Positions 10,257 to 20,014 of a DNA stretch of 62,234 nucleotides are shown here, one piece after another. The stretch covers positions 1-62,234 of the IMG/VR virus record IMGVR_UViG_3300020044_009834; one strand, given 5' to 3'. Position 1 is the first letter of the stretch. Each line of letters begins with the position of its first letter. The notes below the pieces were generated by a model that had not been told where the DNA came from, did no database searches, and saw only the letters and a program-made list of their open reading frames with translations. A program made the position numbers and the translations under genes. The stretch comes from a virus (Duplodnaviria; Caudoviricetes).

Positions 10257-11231
10257 ATGATAAACTCAGTAAGAAACACCGTACTATCTGTCTTGAATAA
10301 GAACAACTACGGATATATATCCCCATCAGATTTTAATTTATATTCACAGCAAGCACAGATGGAAATATTTGAGGAGTATTTTTCTTCTTATAACAAAGTT
10401 ATTAATGCAGAAAATGGAAGGACAGCAGGAACCGATTATGCTGATATAGGTAAAACTTTAGCGGAAGTAATAGAATCATTCTTGGTTTCTAATTCATTAG
10501 TTCCAAATACTCCTTCATTATTTCCTACAAATTCATTCTATACACCATCTGAAACAACAACAGGTGATTATGCTTTTATGATAAACAAAATATTGTGTTA
10601 TCCTGAAGTTTTAGAAAGTGGAACAAATACCACAGTTACTGCATTTAGATTAATAGATGCTACGGCAGATTTTATTGCAGCAGGTGTTAGTATTGGAGAT
10701 ATTGTAGCTAATCAAACAATTACTGAACTTAAAACAACTACTGTAGTTAGTGTTGTATCTTCTACAGAATTAGTTTTAAATGAGAATATTTTTATAACTA
10801 CAGGAAAAAGTTATTCTGTATATTCAAAAGATTCTGTGGCAGAAGCAGAAAAAGTTTCATCCGGTAAGATAACATTACTTAATATGTCATCACTTACATC
10901 ACCTGATAATATTTATCCTGCTTATACTATAGAAGGTAATTCTTTAAAAGTGTATCCATCTTATATTAATAGATATGGCATGGTGAATGCTACATACTTT
11001 AGATATCCTCTTGTTCCTAAATGGACATATATAACTTTAGTTAGTGGAGAACCTGTATTTGACCAATCACAAGCAGACTACCAAGACTTTGAATTACCAA
11101 CTGAGGATGAATTTAAATTAGTAATGAAAATACTTCAATATTGTGGTGTATCAATAAGAGAAGAGCAAGTAGTTCAGTATGGTGTAGCACAAGAACAACA
11201 CGAAGAACCAACATTTAGCCAACAAAATTAA
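10257..11231 (+). CDS. virion structural protein (tail ring/tubular-like)
   Basis: Position; carries an internal ~70-aa beta module shared with 57659..58147. Confidence 0.6.
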   Translation: MINSVRNTVLSVLNKNNYGYISPSDFNLYSQQAQMEIFEEYFSSYNKVINAENGRTAGTDYADIGKTLAEVIESFLVSNSLVPNTPSLFPTNSFYTPSETTTGDYAFMINKILCYPEVLESGTNTTVTAFRLIDATADFIAAGVSIGDIVANQTITELKTTTVVSVVSSTELVLNENIFITTGKSYSVYSKDSVAEAEKVSSGKITLLNMSSLTSPDNIYPAYTIEGNSLKVYPSYINRYGMVNATYFRYPLVPKWTYITLVSGEPVFDQSQADYQDFELPTEDEFKLVMKILQYCGVSIREEQVVQYGVAQEQHEEPTFSQQN

Positions 11232-11233
11232 AC

Positions 11234-12175
11234 ATGAGTTATATATCACCATACGAATATTACGATAATAATGGTCAGAATCCCCAAGATAAAAATTGGG
11301 GTTCTTACCAATATGTTAGTCTTAAAGATATTGTCAATAATTTCTTATTGATGTATTCAGGAAATCATTCATTGGTAAACAATGAAGAGAGATACAAGGT
11401 ATTGTTTCATGCAAAGAGAGCAATACAAGAACTTAACTATGATGCATTTAAGGAAGTAAAGGTATTAGAATTATCTGTAGGAGATTCTTTAAGATTTATT
11501 TTACCTTCTGACTATGTAAATTGGGTTAGGATATCTTTGTATAAAAATGGTTGGTTGAGACCTTTGAGTGAAAATATTCAAGCACTTTCTTCTAACGCAT
11601 ATTTGCAAGATAATAATGCCAATATTTTATTTGACCAAAACGGAAATATACTTAGCCCTCAGTATTCAAGTATTGACTTTGAAAGACTAAGTAAAACTAA
11701 GAAGTCTATTTATTTAAATCAAGGTAACCAATTTGATGGTCAGTCGGGATGGAACATAGATGGGATGTGGTACTTTGACTATGGTATTGGAACAGCGGTA
11801 GGATACGGTAAGGCATTTGGTTTAAATACAGAGACTGCTAATTACAATCCGACCTTTAATATAGACAAAAAAGCAGGGGTAATAAACTTTGATTCTTCTA
11901 TGGCAAATGAGTTATGCATACTTGAGTATGTATCAGATGGTATGGAGAATGGTGACACTTCATTGATTACTGTAAACAAATTATTTGAGCAGTATATATA
12001 TGCTGCTATAAAATATGAGATACTAAACTCTAAATTTGGTGTTCAAGAATACGTTGTTGCAAGGGCTAGAAAAGAAAGAAGGGCTTTATTACTAAATGCT
12101 AAGTTGAGAATAAGCAATATCCATCCGGGTAGATTATTAATGAACTTGAGAGGAATGGATAAAATTATAAAATAA
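11234..12175 (+). CDS. virion structural protein (tail tubular-like)
   Basis: Position; LPSDYVNWVRI and LEYVSDG motifs. Confidence 0.6.
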   Translation: MSYISPYEYYDNNGQNPQDKNWGSYQYVSLKDIVNNFLLMYSGNHSLVNNEERYKVLFHAKRAIQELNYDAFKEVKVLELSVGDSLRFILPSDYVNWVRISLYKNGWLRPLSENIQALSSNAYLQDNNANILFDQNGNILSPQYSSIDFERLSKTKKSIYLNQGNQFDGQSGWNIDGMWYFDYGIGTAVGYGKAFGLNTETANYNPTFNIDKKAGVINFDSSMANELCILEYVSDGMENGDTSLITVNKLFEQYIYAAIKYEILNSKFGVQEYVVARARKERRALLLNAKLRISNIHPGRLLMNLRGMDKIIK

Positions 12176-12176
12176 T

Positions 12177-15100
12177 ATGGCAGATTTAACTAGGAAGTTT
12201 ATAGCAGGAAGGATGAATAAAACCTTCGACCAACGTGTGGTTCCTGATGGAGAATATATTGATGCCATGAATGTAAGGATGGGTTCTACAGAAAATTCTG
12301 AGATTGGTGTTATTGAAAACACTAAAGGTAACCTACCTCTTACTACTTTACAATACAATGGAACTCAATTAAGTTCAGAAGCACGAACTATTGGGGCATT
12401 AGAAGATAGCGCAAATGAGCGTATTTTTTGGTTTGTTCATGACCCAAATTTTCCTGATGGAGCAACTAATAAACTTGACCTTATTGTTTCTTACAATACA
12501 TTAACAGACATATTAACATATCATATTATTAGTATGGATGATGGAGGAGGTTTACTTACAACATTAAACTTTAATCCAAAGTATTTAATTACAGGTGTAA
12601 ACTATATAGATGGTTTAGTTTTTTTTACAGATAATTATAATGCACCAAGATTTTTCAATGTAAAAAGAAACTATCCAAATCCTGTTTTAGGAATAGATGC
12701 ATTTAGTGCAGAATCAATTCTTGTAATTAAAAAACCACCTATAGAGGCTCCAACAGTTATTCAAAGAATAATAGAAAATGAAGCTAATTATATGGATACA
12801 AGGTTCATATGTTTTGCTTATAGGTATAAGTATGCAGATAATGAATATTCTGCAACATCTCAATGGTCTGATATAGCTTTTACTCCTATTCCTTTTAACT
12901 TTAGTCCAAGTACAAACTTGAACGAAGGAATGACAAATTATTATAATGCTGCTGAAGTTACATTTAATTCAGGAAGCAATCTTGTTGTTGGTATAGATTT
13001 ATTATTTAAACAGTCAAATAATAATATCATTAAGGTAATTCAAACAATAAATAAGCAAGAAGTAGGATACTTAAATGATACAGATTATTCTTTTATCTTT
13101 AGTAATAGCAAAATATTTACTGTTCTTCCTGAGTCTGAAATATTAAGACTATATGATAATGTACCTCGTTATGCTCAAGCACAAACTTTGATGGGTAATA
13201 GATTAATGTATGGTAATTATATTGAAGGATATGATTTAGTAGATAAATTTGGAAGACCTTTATTGCTTGGATATGAAACATTATTAGAATATAAAGTTAT
13301 TGGAAACACATTAATAGATTCAAATTTACTACAAGGAACATATAATATAAATGGACCTCAAAATATTCCTGATTCTATTATTTCTATTGATTTAAGTACA
13401 GTAATGGCAGGAGTTGGACTAATAAAAGGTTCGGCAATAACAATAAGTATTACTCTAATACATGAGTCTTTTAGTGGAAGTCCACAACCAAGTCAGACAA
13501 CAGGGTCTATATCTCTTATTTTTTCTTTTATATTACCAAGAAACTATACTACTGTACATGAAATGGCTTCAAGTAGTGAATTCAGAGATGAAGTAGGAAC
13601 AATTTCTAATATAAAACCTGTATATGCAACAGTTGGTGATACTTCGTGCGATGGTTTTACATGGACAGATAAAATAAATTGTGCATTACCTACAACTTTA
13701 GGTACACTTACTAAATATAATAGTGGTATAAATGCAATAAACCAACCGATTGGTATAATTTCATCTATTGGAAGTAATTTAATTTCTATTCAATTAGTTG
13801 CTGCTCAATATGTAAATAATACAACAACACCAACTCAATACGTTTATGAGTACTATAAAATGATTTCTAATTCAGCTTTTTTTCAAAACATAGCAAATCC
13901 AAGAAGTTTACATAGTAATCGTGGATATGAATTAGGTATTGTTTATATGGATGAATTTAATAGGTCAACTACAGCATTAGTAAGTCCTAATAATACAATT
14001 AATGTTCCTTGTGGGAATTCAAAATACGAAAATTTCATAAAAGTAGTTATACCTACAACACAACGTGCGCCATATTGGGCTAAAAGATATAAGTTTGTTA
14101 TTAAACCTGATGAAGAAATATACCAAACTATATATAGTAATGTATTTTTTCAAGTTCCAAATACCAATGATTATTGGTTTTTACTTGAAGGAGAAAATGC
14201 TAGAAAAGTAGAAAAGGGAGATAGATTAATTGTAAAAGCAGATTCAACAGGACCAACACAAACTTGTTGTTATGCAACAGTACTTGAAAAAGAATCACAA
14301 TCAGCTAATTTTATTGTAGATAGTTTAGCAATTCCTGCCGGAGTTTACATGAAAATAAATCCAAATGATTTTGTTGTTCAAATAAATCCTGATTCAGTTA
14401 TTTCTCCGGGAACTTTATCAAGAAATGAAACTGATATAGGTGAATCTCCTATTCTTTCATATCCAATGAATACTTATAGAGGTGCAGGATATGACCCTTT
14501 AAATCCTTCTAGGGAATATCAAGATTATGCTATAAGTAATGGAACAAAAATAAAATTAAAATTTGTAGCATATAGAGCAGGAGGTTTGCTTACATTATGT
14601 GGTAAAAGAGTATATGAGTTTGAAAAAGATTATATATCATCAGCAAATTATAATAATATGTATGATTGGTTTATTGGTCAAAATATAGCAAGTACTATAA
14701 ATCAAGGAACTCAATATGTTGAAGATAATGATACTTGTTCAATATCAAATAGTTTTAATCCTGCATTAGGTATATTAAGTACAGGAAATGAGTGTGTAAA
14801 TTATTGGCAGTTTTATAGAAATCCTACTACATATCAACTTATATTAATGACAAGTGGAACTTTTGCTTGTTTTGATGCATATGATGATGGTGGAAATTCA
14901 AGGGTAGATATGAATGTAGTTGTTAGCAGAACAGGAGATTTATTTGTATTTGAAACTGAACCTCAAGATGCATTACCTGATGTATTCTTTGAAAATAATC
15001 AATCTTATGAAATTGATTCTGAAGGAAATCATTTAGGTCAATTAAATACTGAAGATGTAAGTCAAGATATTGCAAATAATATTAGTGGTGTTATATATAC

Positions 15101-16847
15101 AGGATTTTTTAATTGTTTTTCTTTTGGCAACGGAGCCGAAAGCTATACCATTAGAGATTCTATTATTGGTAGACCATTTAACTTTGGTCAAAGAGTAACA
15201 TCAGTTGCAGTTCAGGACTATAAAGAAGCGCATAGATTTGCTGATATTACTTATAGTGGTATATATAATACTGAATCAAATATAAATAAACTAAATGAAT
15301 TTAACTTAGGATTACTTAATTATAAATACTTAGAGTCATCTTTTGGTCCTATCTACAAATTAGATGGAAGACAAACAGATGTACTTGCTTTACAAGAAGA
15401 TAAAATATCATATGTATTAGCAGGTAAAAACTTACTTTCTGATGCAGCAGGTGGAGGAGCATTGACTTCTGTTCCTGAGGTATTAGGAACTCAAATTGCA
15501 AGAACTGAAAAATATGGTATAAGTTTTAATCCTGAAAGTTATGTTCAATGGGGTTTTGATAGGTTCTTTACAGATGTAAAAAGGGGTGTTGTAATTCAAC
15601 TTAGAGGTACTGCCGGTTCTAACGAAGAACTAAAAGTGGTATCAGATATGAATATGAGAACTTGGTTTAGAGATAACTTTAATGAATATTTTAATACTCA
15701 AAAATTAGGTGGTTATGACCCATATATGAATGAGTATGTATTGTGTAGTAATGACCAAGAACTTCCATTAAATCCTCAATGTGTACAATGTGGTGTTACA
15801 CAAACACTAACACTTGCATTTGCTGAAGAAAACCAATTTACTTATTGTGTAGATTTAGGTGGATTAATAGGTCAAAGTGAGATTTCATGGGAAGTAGCAA
15901 ATGTTGTTACAGGAGGTTTTACAATAACTATAGATTACGATGGTACTTCTTATACCACTCCTTTGCAAACAACATCAGGAAGTTATACTCTTTTCAAAAA
16001 CAATATTTTAGTTGAAACTGCTACTATTACTATTTTGTGGAATGATACAGAATTAGAAATATCTATGCTTGCTAAATGTCCTTTTCAAGAAGAACTAACA
16101 ATTATTGAAGTTGTTTTAAATAATAATAGCGAAGCAGGTTTCACTACAACTACTCAGTTTAGTTTTACAGATGGAGTATACACATCTCCACTACAATCAC
16201 ATTCTTTACAGTTTGTGGCAGGTAGTCCTACTCCTATTGTAAGTAGATACAATGTAAGTACAGGTGCTGTAGGTGCCGGAATATTCCCTCCTGAGTTTAG
16301 TACTATGAGGATTATTAACAATCAAATATTCCCTGATACTTATGTGTTTAATTCTTTTGATGATAGTTTTAGATATTTAAGGTCAAATACTTTATATGGT
16401 GCTAGTCATCCTGAGATTATGGCTTTATTAGCAGCATCAACATTAGCAACACCATTAGTAGCAAACTTTACATCTTGGTATGCAGACTTTATTGTTCCTG
16501 ATAACGCACTTGGTAATAAATTATATTTAATTTGGGATTATAGAAGTTCTACTTCAATAGAATTATGTTATAGTTCTAATATTGAAAATGGAGTGGTAGA
16601 CTCTTGTTGTTTATGTACACCATGTGCAACACCATGTGTAACATATCAAATAATAAATCCTCCTTCAGGTGGTGATGCAATAATTAGTTTTCCGGGAGGA
16701 ATGTGTGATGACCCTGATGCAGGATTTAATCTTACTGTAGGCGAAGGAACAGCAAATCAATTGTGTATATATGTACAAGGATATATAGAACCTTTTACTA
16801 TACTACAAGGTTCTCCATCAGTAATAGCAATATCTTGTGTTTGTTAA
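12177..16847 (+). CDS. tail stabilisation/nozzle-like protein, N-terminal part with Cys-rich extension
   Basis: N-terminal GRMNK...EYIDAMNVR...G.IEN.KGN; FAYRYKYADNEYS; YELGIVYMDEFNRST; YGISFNPES. Confidence 0.7.
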   Translation: MADLTRKFIAGRMNKTFDQRVVPDGEYIDAMNVRMGSTENSEIGVIENTKGNLPLTTLQYNGTQLSSEARTIGALEDSANERIFWFVHDPNFPDGATNKLDLIVSYNTLTDILTYHIISMDDGGGLLTTLNFNPKYLITGVNYIDGLVFFTDNYNAPRFFNVKRNYPNPVLGIDAFSAESILVIKKPPIEAPTVIQRIIENEANYMDTRFICFAYRYKYADNEYSATSQWSDIAFTPIPFNFSPSTNLNEGMTNYYNAAEVTFNSGSNLVVGIDLLFKQSNNNIIKVIQTINKQEVGYLNDTDYSFIFSNSKIFTVLPESEILRLYDNVPRYAQAQTLMGNRLMYGNYIEGYDLVDKFGRPLLLGYETLLEYKVIGNTLIDSNLLQGTYNINGPQNIPDSIISIDLSTVMAGVGLIKGSAITISITLIHESFSGSPQPSQTTGSISLIFSFILPRNYTTVHEMASSSEFRDEVGTISNIKPVYATVGDTSCDGFTWTDKINCALPTTLGTLTKYNSGINAINQPIGIISSIGSNLISIQLVAAQYVNNTTTPTQYVYEYYKMISNSAFFQNIANPRSLHSNRGYELGIVYMDEFNRSTTALVSPNNTINVPCGNSKYENFIKVVIPTTQRAPYWAKRYKFVIKPDEEIYQTIYSNVFFQVPNTNDYWFLLEGENARKVEKGDRLIVKADSTGPTQTCCYATVLEKESQSANFIVDSLAIPAGVYMKINPNDFVVQINPDSVISPGTLSRNETDIGESPILSYPMNTYRGAGYDPLNPSREYQDYAISNGTKIKLKFVAYRAGGLLTLCGKRVYEFEKDYISSANYNNMYDWFIGQNIASTINQGTQYVEDNDTCSISNSFNPALGILSTGNECVNYWQFYRNPTTYQLILMTSGTFACFDAYDDGGNSRVDMNVVVSRTGDLFVFETEPQDALPDVFFENNQSYEIDSEGNHLGQLNTEDVSQDIANNISGVIYTGFFNCFSFGNGAESYTIRDSIIGRPFNFGQRVTSVAVQDYKEAHRFADITYSGIYNTESNINKLNEFNLGLLNYKYLESSFGPIYKLDGRQTDVLALQEDKISYVLAGKNLLSDAAGGGALTSVPEVLGTQIARTEKYGISFNPESYVQWGFDRFFTDVKRGVVIQLRGTAGSNEELKVVSDMNMRTWFRDNFNEYFNTQKLGGYDPYMNEYVLCSNDQELPLNPQCVQCGVTQTLTLAFAEENQFTYCVDLGGLIGQSEISWEVANVVTGGFTITIDYDGTSYTTPLQTTSGSYTLFKNNILVETATITILWNDTELEISMLAKCPFQEELTIIEVVLNNNSEAGFTTTTQFSFTDGVYTSPLQSHSLQFVAGSPTPIVSRYNVSTGAVGAGIFPPEFSTMRIINNQIFPDTYVFNSFDDSFRYLRSNTLYGASHPEIMALLAASTLATPLVANFTSWYADFIVPDNALGNKLYLIWDYRSSTSIELCYSSNIENGVVDSCCLCTPCATPCVTYQIINPPSGGDAIISFPGGMCDDPDAGFNLTVGEGTANQLCIYVQGYIEPFTILQGSPSVIAISCVC

Positions 16848-16868
16848 TAAAATAAAATAAAATAAAAT

Positions 16869-17804
16869 ATGTCAATATCTCAAACATACTATTTAGATAA
16901 TTCTTCATTTGCAGATTCATCATCTGTATTTTCAAATTCAGATATGTCACTATATGCGCCCGATGGATTCTATTCAGATGGGTCTATTTCAAGACAACAA
17001 GTAGGAGGAATATTAGGATTGCCTACGACTTGTCCATCTTGCCTTATAGAATGTGGATTTAGTGGAAATAGAGTAGCTGATGAACCTCTTGTAGATATAT
17101 ACAATGTAAATGTATTAAGCAATTTAGGTGCTATTATAATTAGGTTTTATCCAAACTTACTAATTAGTGGTATATTGGTACAATATGATTCAGTTTATTA
17201 TAATAAAGTAAGTTCTTTTACAGAAGGTCCACTAAATGGGTTACCATCAAATAAAGAAACTTATCTTGGTGAAACTGCATCTTGCCCATTGCCTATTTCT
17301 CCTGTTTCTGAAACAGTACCTATCTATAAGTTTTTAAATGGTAGTTGGTATGATACAGGAAGTAATGAAACAATTTCAATTCTTGCTCCACAAGTTCAAA
17401 CAACAACTTTAAATCCCGGTGAATGTGTTATGGTAATACCAAAACCAAATACAACTCCATCTACTTTAAATGTAAAAATTGTTTCACCATGTCCTAATTC
17501 GGGTTATGACTTAACAATAGAATGCCCTAATTATCTTCCTGAATTTATTGGAAGTCAAACATTCGTAAGTCCATCTTCTCCGGAATTTTGTGGGGAAATT
17601 AGTGGAGAAATTTATTATTTTGTATCTGTAAATTCTTCACCAACAGTTGGTTTACATGATTGGGTGTTTTTAGATTCTACTGCTCAAAATTATTTACCTA
17701 ATGGTTGGTATAGATTAAGTCCTTTCCCTGCTCCTAATGATACCATACAAGTTTTAGATGGTATTGTAATTACAGTAACAGACTCATCAATTTATTGTCC
17801 TTAA
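16869..17804 (+). CDS. Cys/Pro/Ser-rich structural accessory protein
   Basis: APDGFYSDG repeat-like motif, CxxC pairs, tail module. Confidence 0.55.
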   Translation: MSISQTYYLDNSSFADSSSVFSNSDMSLYAPDGFYSDGSISRQQVGGILGLPTTCPSCLIECGFSGNRVADEPLVDIYNVNVLSNLGAIIIRFYPNLLISGILVQYDSVYYNKVSSFTEGPLNGLPSNKETYLGETASCPLPISPVSETVPIYKFLNGSWYDTGSNETISILAPQVQTTTLNPGECVMVIPKPNTTPSTLNVKIVSPCPNSGYDLTIECPNYLPEFIGSQTFVSPSSPEFCGEISGEIYYFVSVNSSPTVGLHDWVFLDSTAQNYLPNGWYRLSPFPAPNDTIQVLDGIVITVTDSSIYCP

Positions 17805-17815
17805 TTAAAATATAA

Positions 17816-18574
17816 ATGACAAATACATTATCATATAGCCAATCTGCCGATGGGTGGGTTTCATATTACTCTTATAATCCTGATTGGATGATAGGAATGA
17901 ATAACTACTTTTATACTTTTAAGGGTGGAAATATTTACAGACACAATGTAAACGAGAATAGAAATACGTTTTATGGACTGTTTACTCCAACTACTTTACA
18001 GAGTGTATTTAATCAAGTACCTCTTGAGAATAAGTTGTTTAAAACTTTGAACTTAGAAGGGGATGCAAAATGGTCAGCTACATTAGAAACTGATTTACAG
18101 TACTCAGGATTTATACAGGCTCCTTGGTTTGAAAAGAAAGAGGCATCTTTCTTTGCGTTTATTAGAAATAATACCATAGGTCAACTTGCTTTAAGGAGTG
18201 TGAATGGTATAGGAAATAGCACAACAGTTGTTGGTGGAAACACCATTAATTTTAGCATAAACCCATTAGTGTCAATAGGAAGCATCATAAGTATTGGAGA
18301 TTATTTATATTTTGGTACGGATGTTAAATGGGCAGGAATAGTTTCTGCTATAAACGTAAACTTACCGGCAGGCATAAACCAAATTGTTATAACAACTCCT
18401 CCGGGAACAATACCAATTCCTACTAATATAAATTATTTTTTATATATTAAAAACTCTGTTGCAGAATCCCACGGTGTACTTGGGCATTACATGGTATTCA
18501 ACCTAGAAAATGATTCTACTGAAAAGATTGAACTATTTGCCGTTGAAAGTAATGTTATGAAAAGTTTCCCATAA
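17816..18574 (+). CDS. structural protein resembling the C-terminal part of tail stabilisation proteins
   Basis: TLSYS..GWVSYYSY.P...YFYTFKGGNIYRHN; KLFKTLNLEG; KKE..FF. Confidence 0.55.
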   Translation: MTNTLSYSQSADGWVSYYSYNPDWMIGMNNYFYTFKGGNIYRHNVNENRNTFYGLFTPTTLQSVFNQVPLENKLFKTLNLEGDAKWSATLETDLQYSGFIQAPWFEKKEASFFAFIRNNTIGQLALRSVNGIGNSTTVVGGNTINFSINPLVSIGSIISIGDYLYFGTDVKWAGIVSAINVNLPAGINQIVITTPPGTIPIPTNINYFLYIKNSVAESHGVLGHYMVFNLENDSTEKIELFAVESNVMKSFP

Positions 18575-18579
18575 AATAA

Positions 18580-18587
18580 TATCTTTG
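18580..18587 (+). promoter_or_regulatory. Bacteroidetes -7 box (very short leader)
   Basis: TATCTTTG 5 nt before ATG 18593. Confidence 0.45.
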
Positions 18588-18592
18588 TAACG

Positions 18593-19006
18593 ATGAGTTT
18601 ATTAAACGTAAGAGTACTAAACGATACAGATTATGAAGAAATCCTTACTAAATGGTGGAAGGATTGGAATTGGGAGGCTCCAAGTAAAGATTTTTTGCCT
18701 GACAACGGTAAAGGTGGTGTAATAGTTTTTGATGGTGAAACTCCTGTATGTGCAGGATTTATGTACGCAACAAACTCAAAGGCTGCTTGGATAGATTGGA
18801 TTATATCAAACAAAGAGTATCGTGTAAAACCAACTAGAAAAGTAGCAATATGTTTATTAATAGAGGTACTTACAGAAGCAGCTAAAGATGGAGGATACAC
18901 TTATTGCTATGCTTTAATTAAAAGTAAACCACTCATTAAAACTTATCAAGAGTATGGATATGTACAAGGTGACTCATACACAAGTGAAATGATTAAAAAA
19001 TTATAA
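18593..19006 (+). CDS. GNAT-fold protein of the ejection module
   Basis: VIVFDGETPVCAGFMY beta pattern and terminal YQEYGY; lies before the internal virion genes. Confidence 0.55.
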   Translation: MSLLNVRVLNDTDYEEILTKWWKDWNWEAPSKDFLPDNGKGGVIVFDGETPVCAGFMYATNSKAAWIDWIISNKEYRVKPTRKVAICLLIEVLTEAAKDGGYTYCYALIKSKPLIKTYQEYGYVQGDSYTSEMIKKL

Positions 19007-19008
19007 AT

Positions 19009-19998
19009 ATGGCAGTAGTAACAACAACAGCATTAGCTATAGCAGGATTAGCAGTATCAGCAGCTTCGGCAGGTAAATCTTTTTATGATGCATCACAAAG
19101 TAAGGATGCAGCAGCAAGAGCGCAAGCAGAAGCAGGTATAGCTATGGCAGCAGCAAGGTCTAAACTAGACAAGAACTTTTACAAACAAATAGGTATACCA
19201 AAAGAAGCGTATATGCTGCAAAGTGAAGCAGCTATATCAGCAGGCGCACAAGCTATTCAAGCCGGTGCTGAAAGTGAAAGAGGTGCAGCAGCAACAGCAG
19301 GAAGAATTCAGGCTCAACAAAATGAGGCTCAAGCAGGGATTAGAACAGACCAAGCAAATACAATGCTTGAACTTGATAAGTTAGTAGCACAAGAAGATAG
19401 CAGATTAAGAGATGTAGGAGTTGGTATAGACTTAGCTGAAGCCGGTGGAGCGCAAATGGCTGCTCGTGATGCAACAGAAGCAGCAGCAGCACAAACAGCA
19501 CAAGGGTTTGCATCAGTAACATCAGGTGTTCAACAAGGACTAGAAATGGTTCCATTATATCAAAAAAGTGCAGGGTTAAAATCTTTAAATGCAGCAGAAA
19601 AAGATTACTATGCAGCATCACAAGGTGCAGATTTTGATAAAAAATATATAGACCCTACAACAGGCAAACCTATGGATTTTCATAAAGCACTTTCAATGCA
19701 ATCAGGATATGAGGGAATAAATGGATTATCAATAGATAAAAGACAAGATTATTTAATTTCAAATCCTGAAGGTTTAAAAGGTGTAAATTGGAATGCTCCT
19801 CAAACAAGTGTTCTTACTCCTACTTCAGCTGTTACAAATCCTAGTACTCCCGGTCCAACATCTCCTCTTATAAATCCTGATATTTCAGAAAAGGATTTAT
19901 GGACATCATATTTGAAAAAGAACAATAATGAAGTATACGAAGATGCTACGATGAAACGAATACTTGAATTACGTAAAGCAAGAGGATTGAAGGACTAA
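19009..19998 (+). CDS. internal virion (ejection) protein
   Basis: Hydrophobic Ala/Gly N-terminus followed by an Ala/Gln-rich helix. Confidence 0.6.
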   Translation: MAVVTTTALAIAGLAVSAASAGKSFYDASQSKDAAARAQAEAGIAMAAARSKLDKNFYKQIGIPKEAYMLQSEAAISAGAQAIQAGAESERGAAATAGRIQAQQNEAQAGIRTDQANTMLELDKLVAQEDSRLRDVGVGIDLAEAGGAQMAARDATEAAAAQTAQGFASVTSGVQQGLEMVPLYQKSAGLKSLNAAEKDYYAASQGADFDKKYIDPTTGKPMDFHKALSMQSGYEGINGLSIDKRQDYLISNPEGLKGVNWNAPQTSVLTPTSAVTNPSTPGPTSPLINPDISEKDLWTSYLKKNNNEVYEDATMKRILELRKARGLKD

Positions 19999-20014
19999 TT
20001 AGATAAATAAAGAA

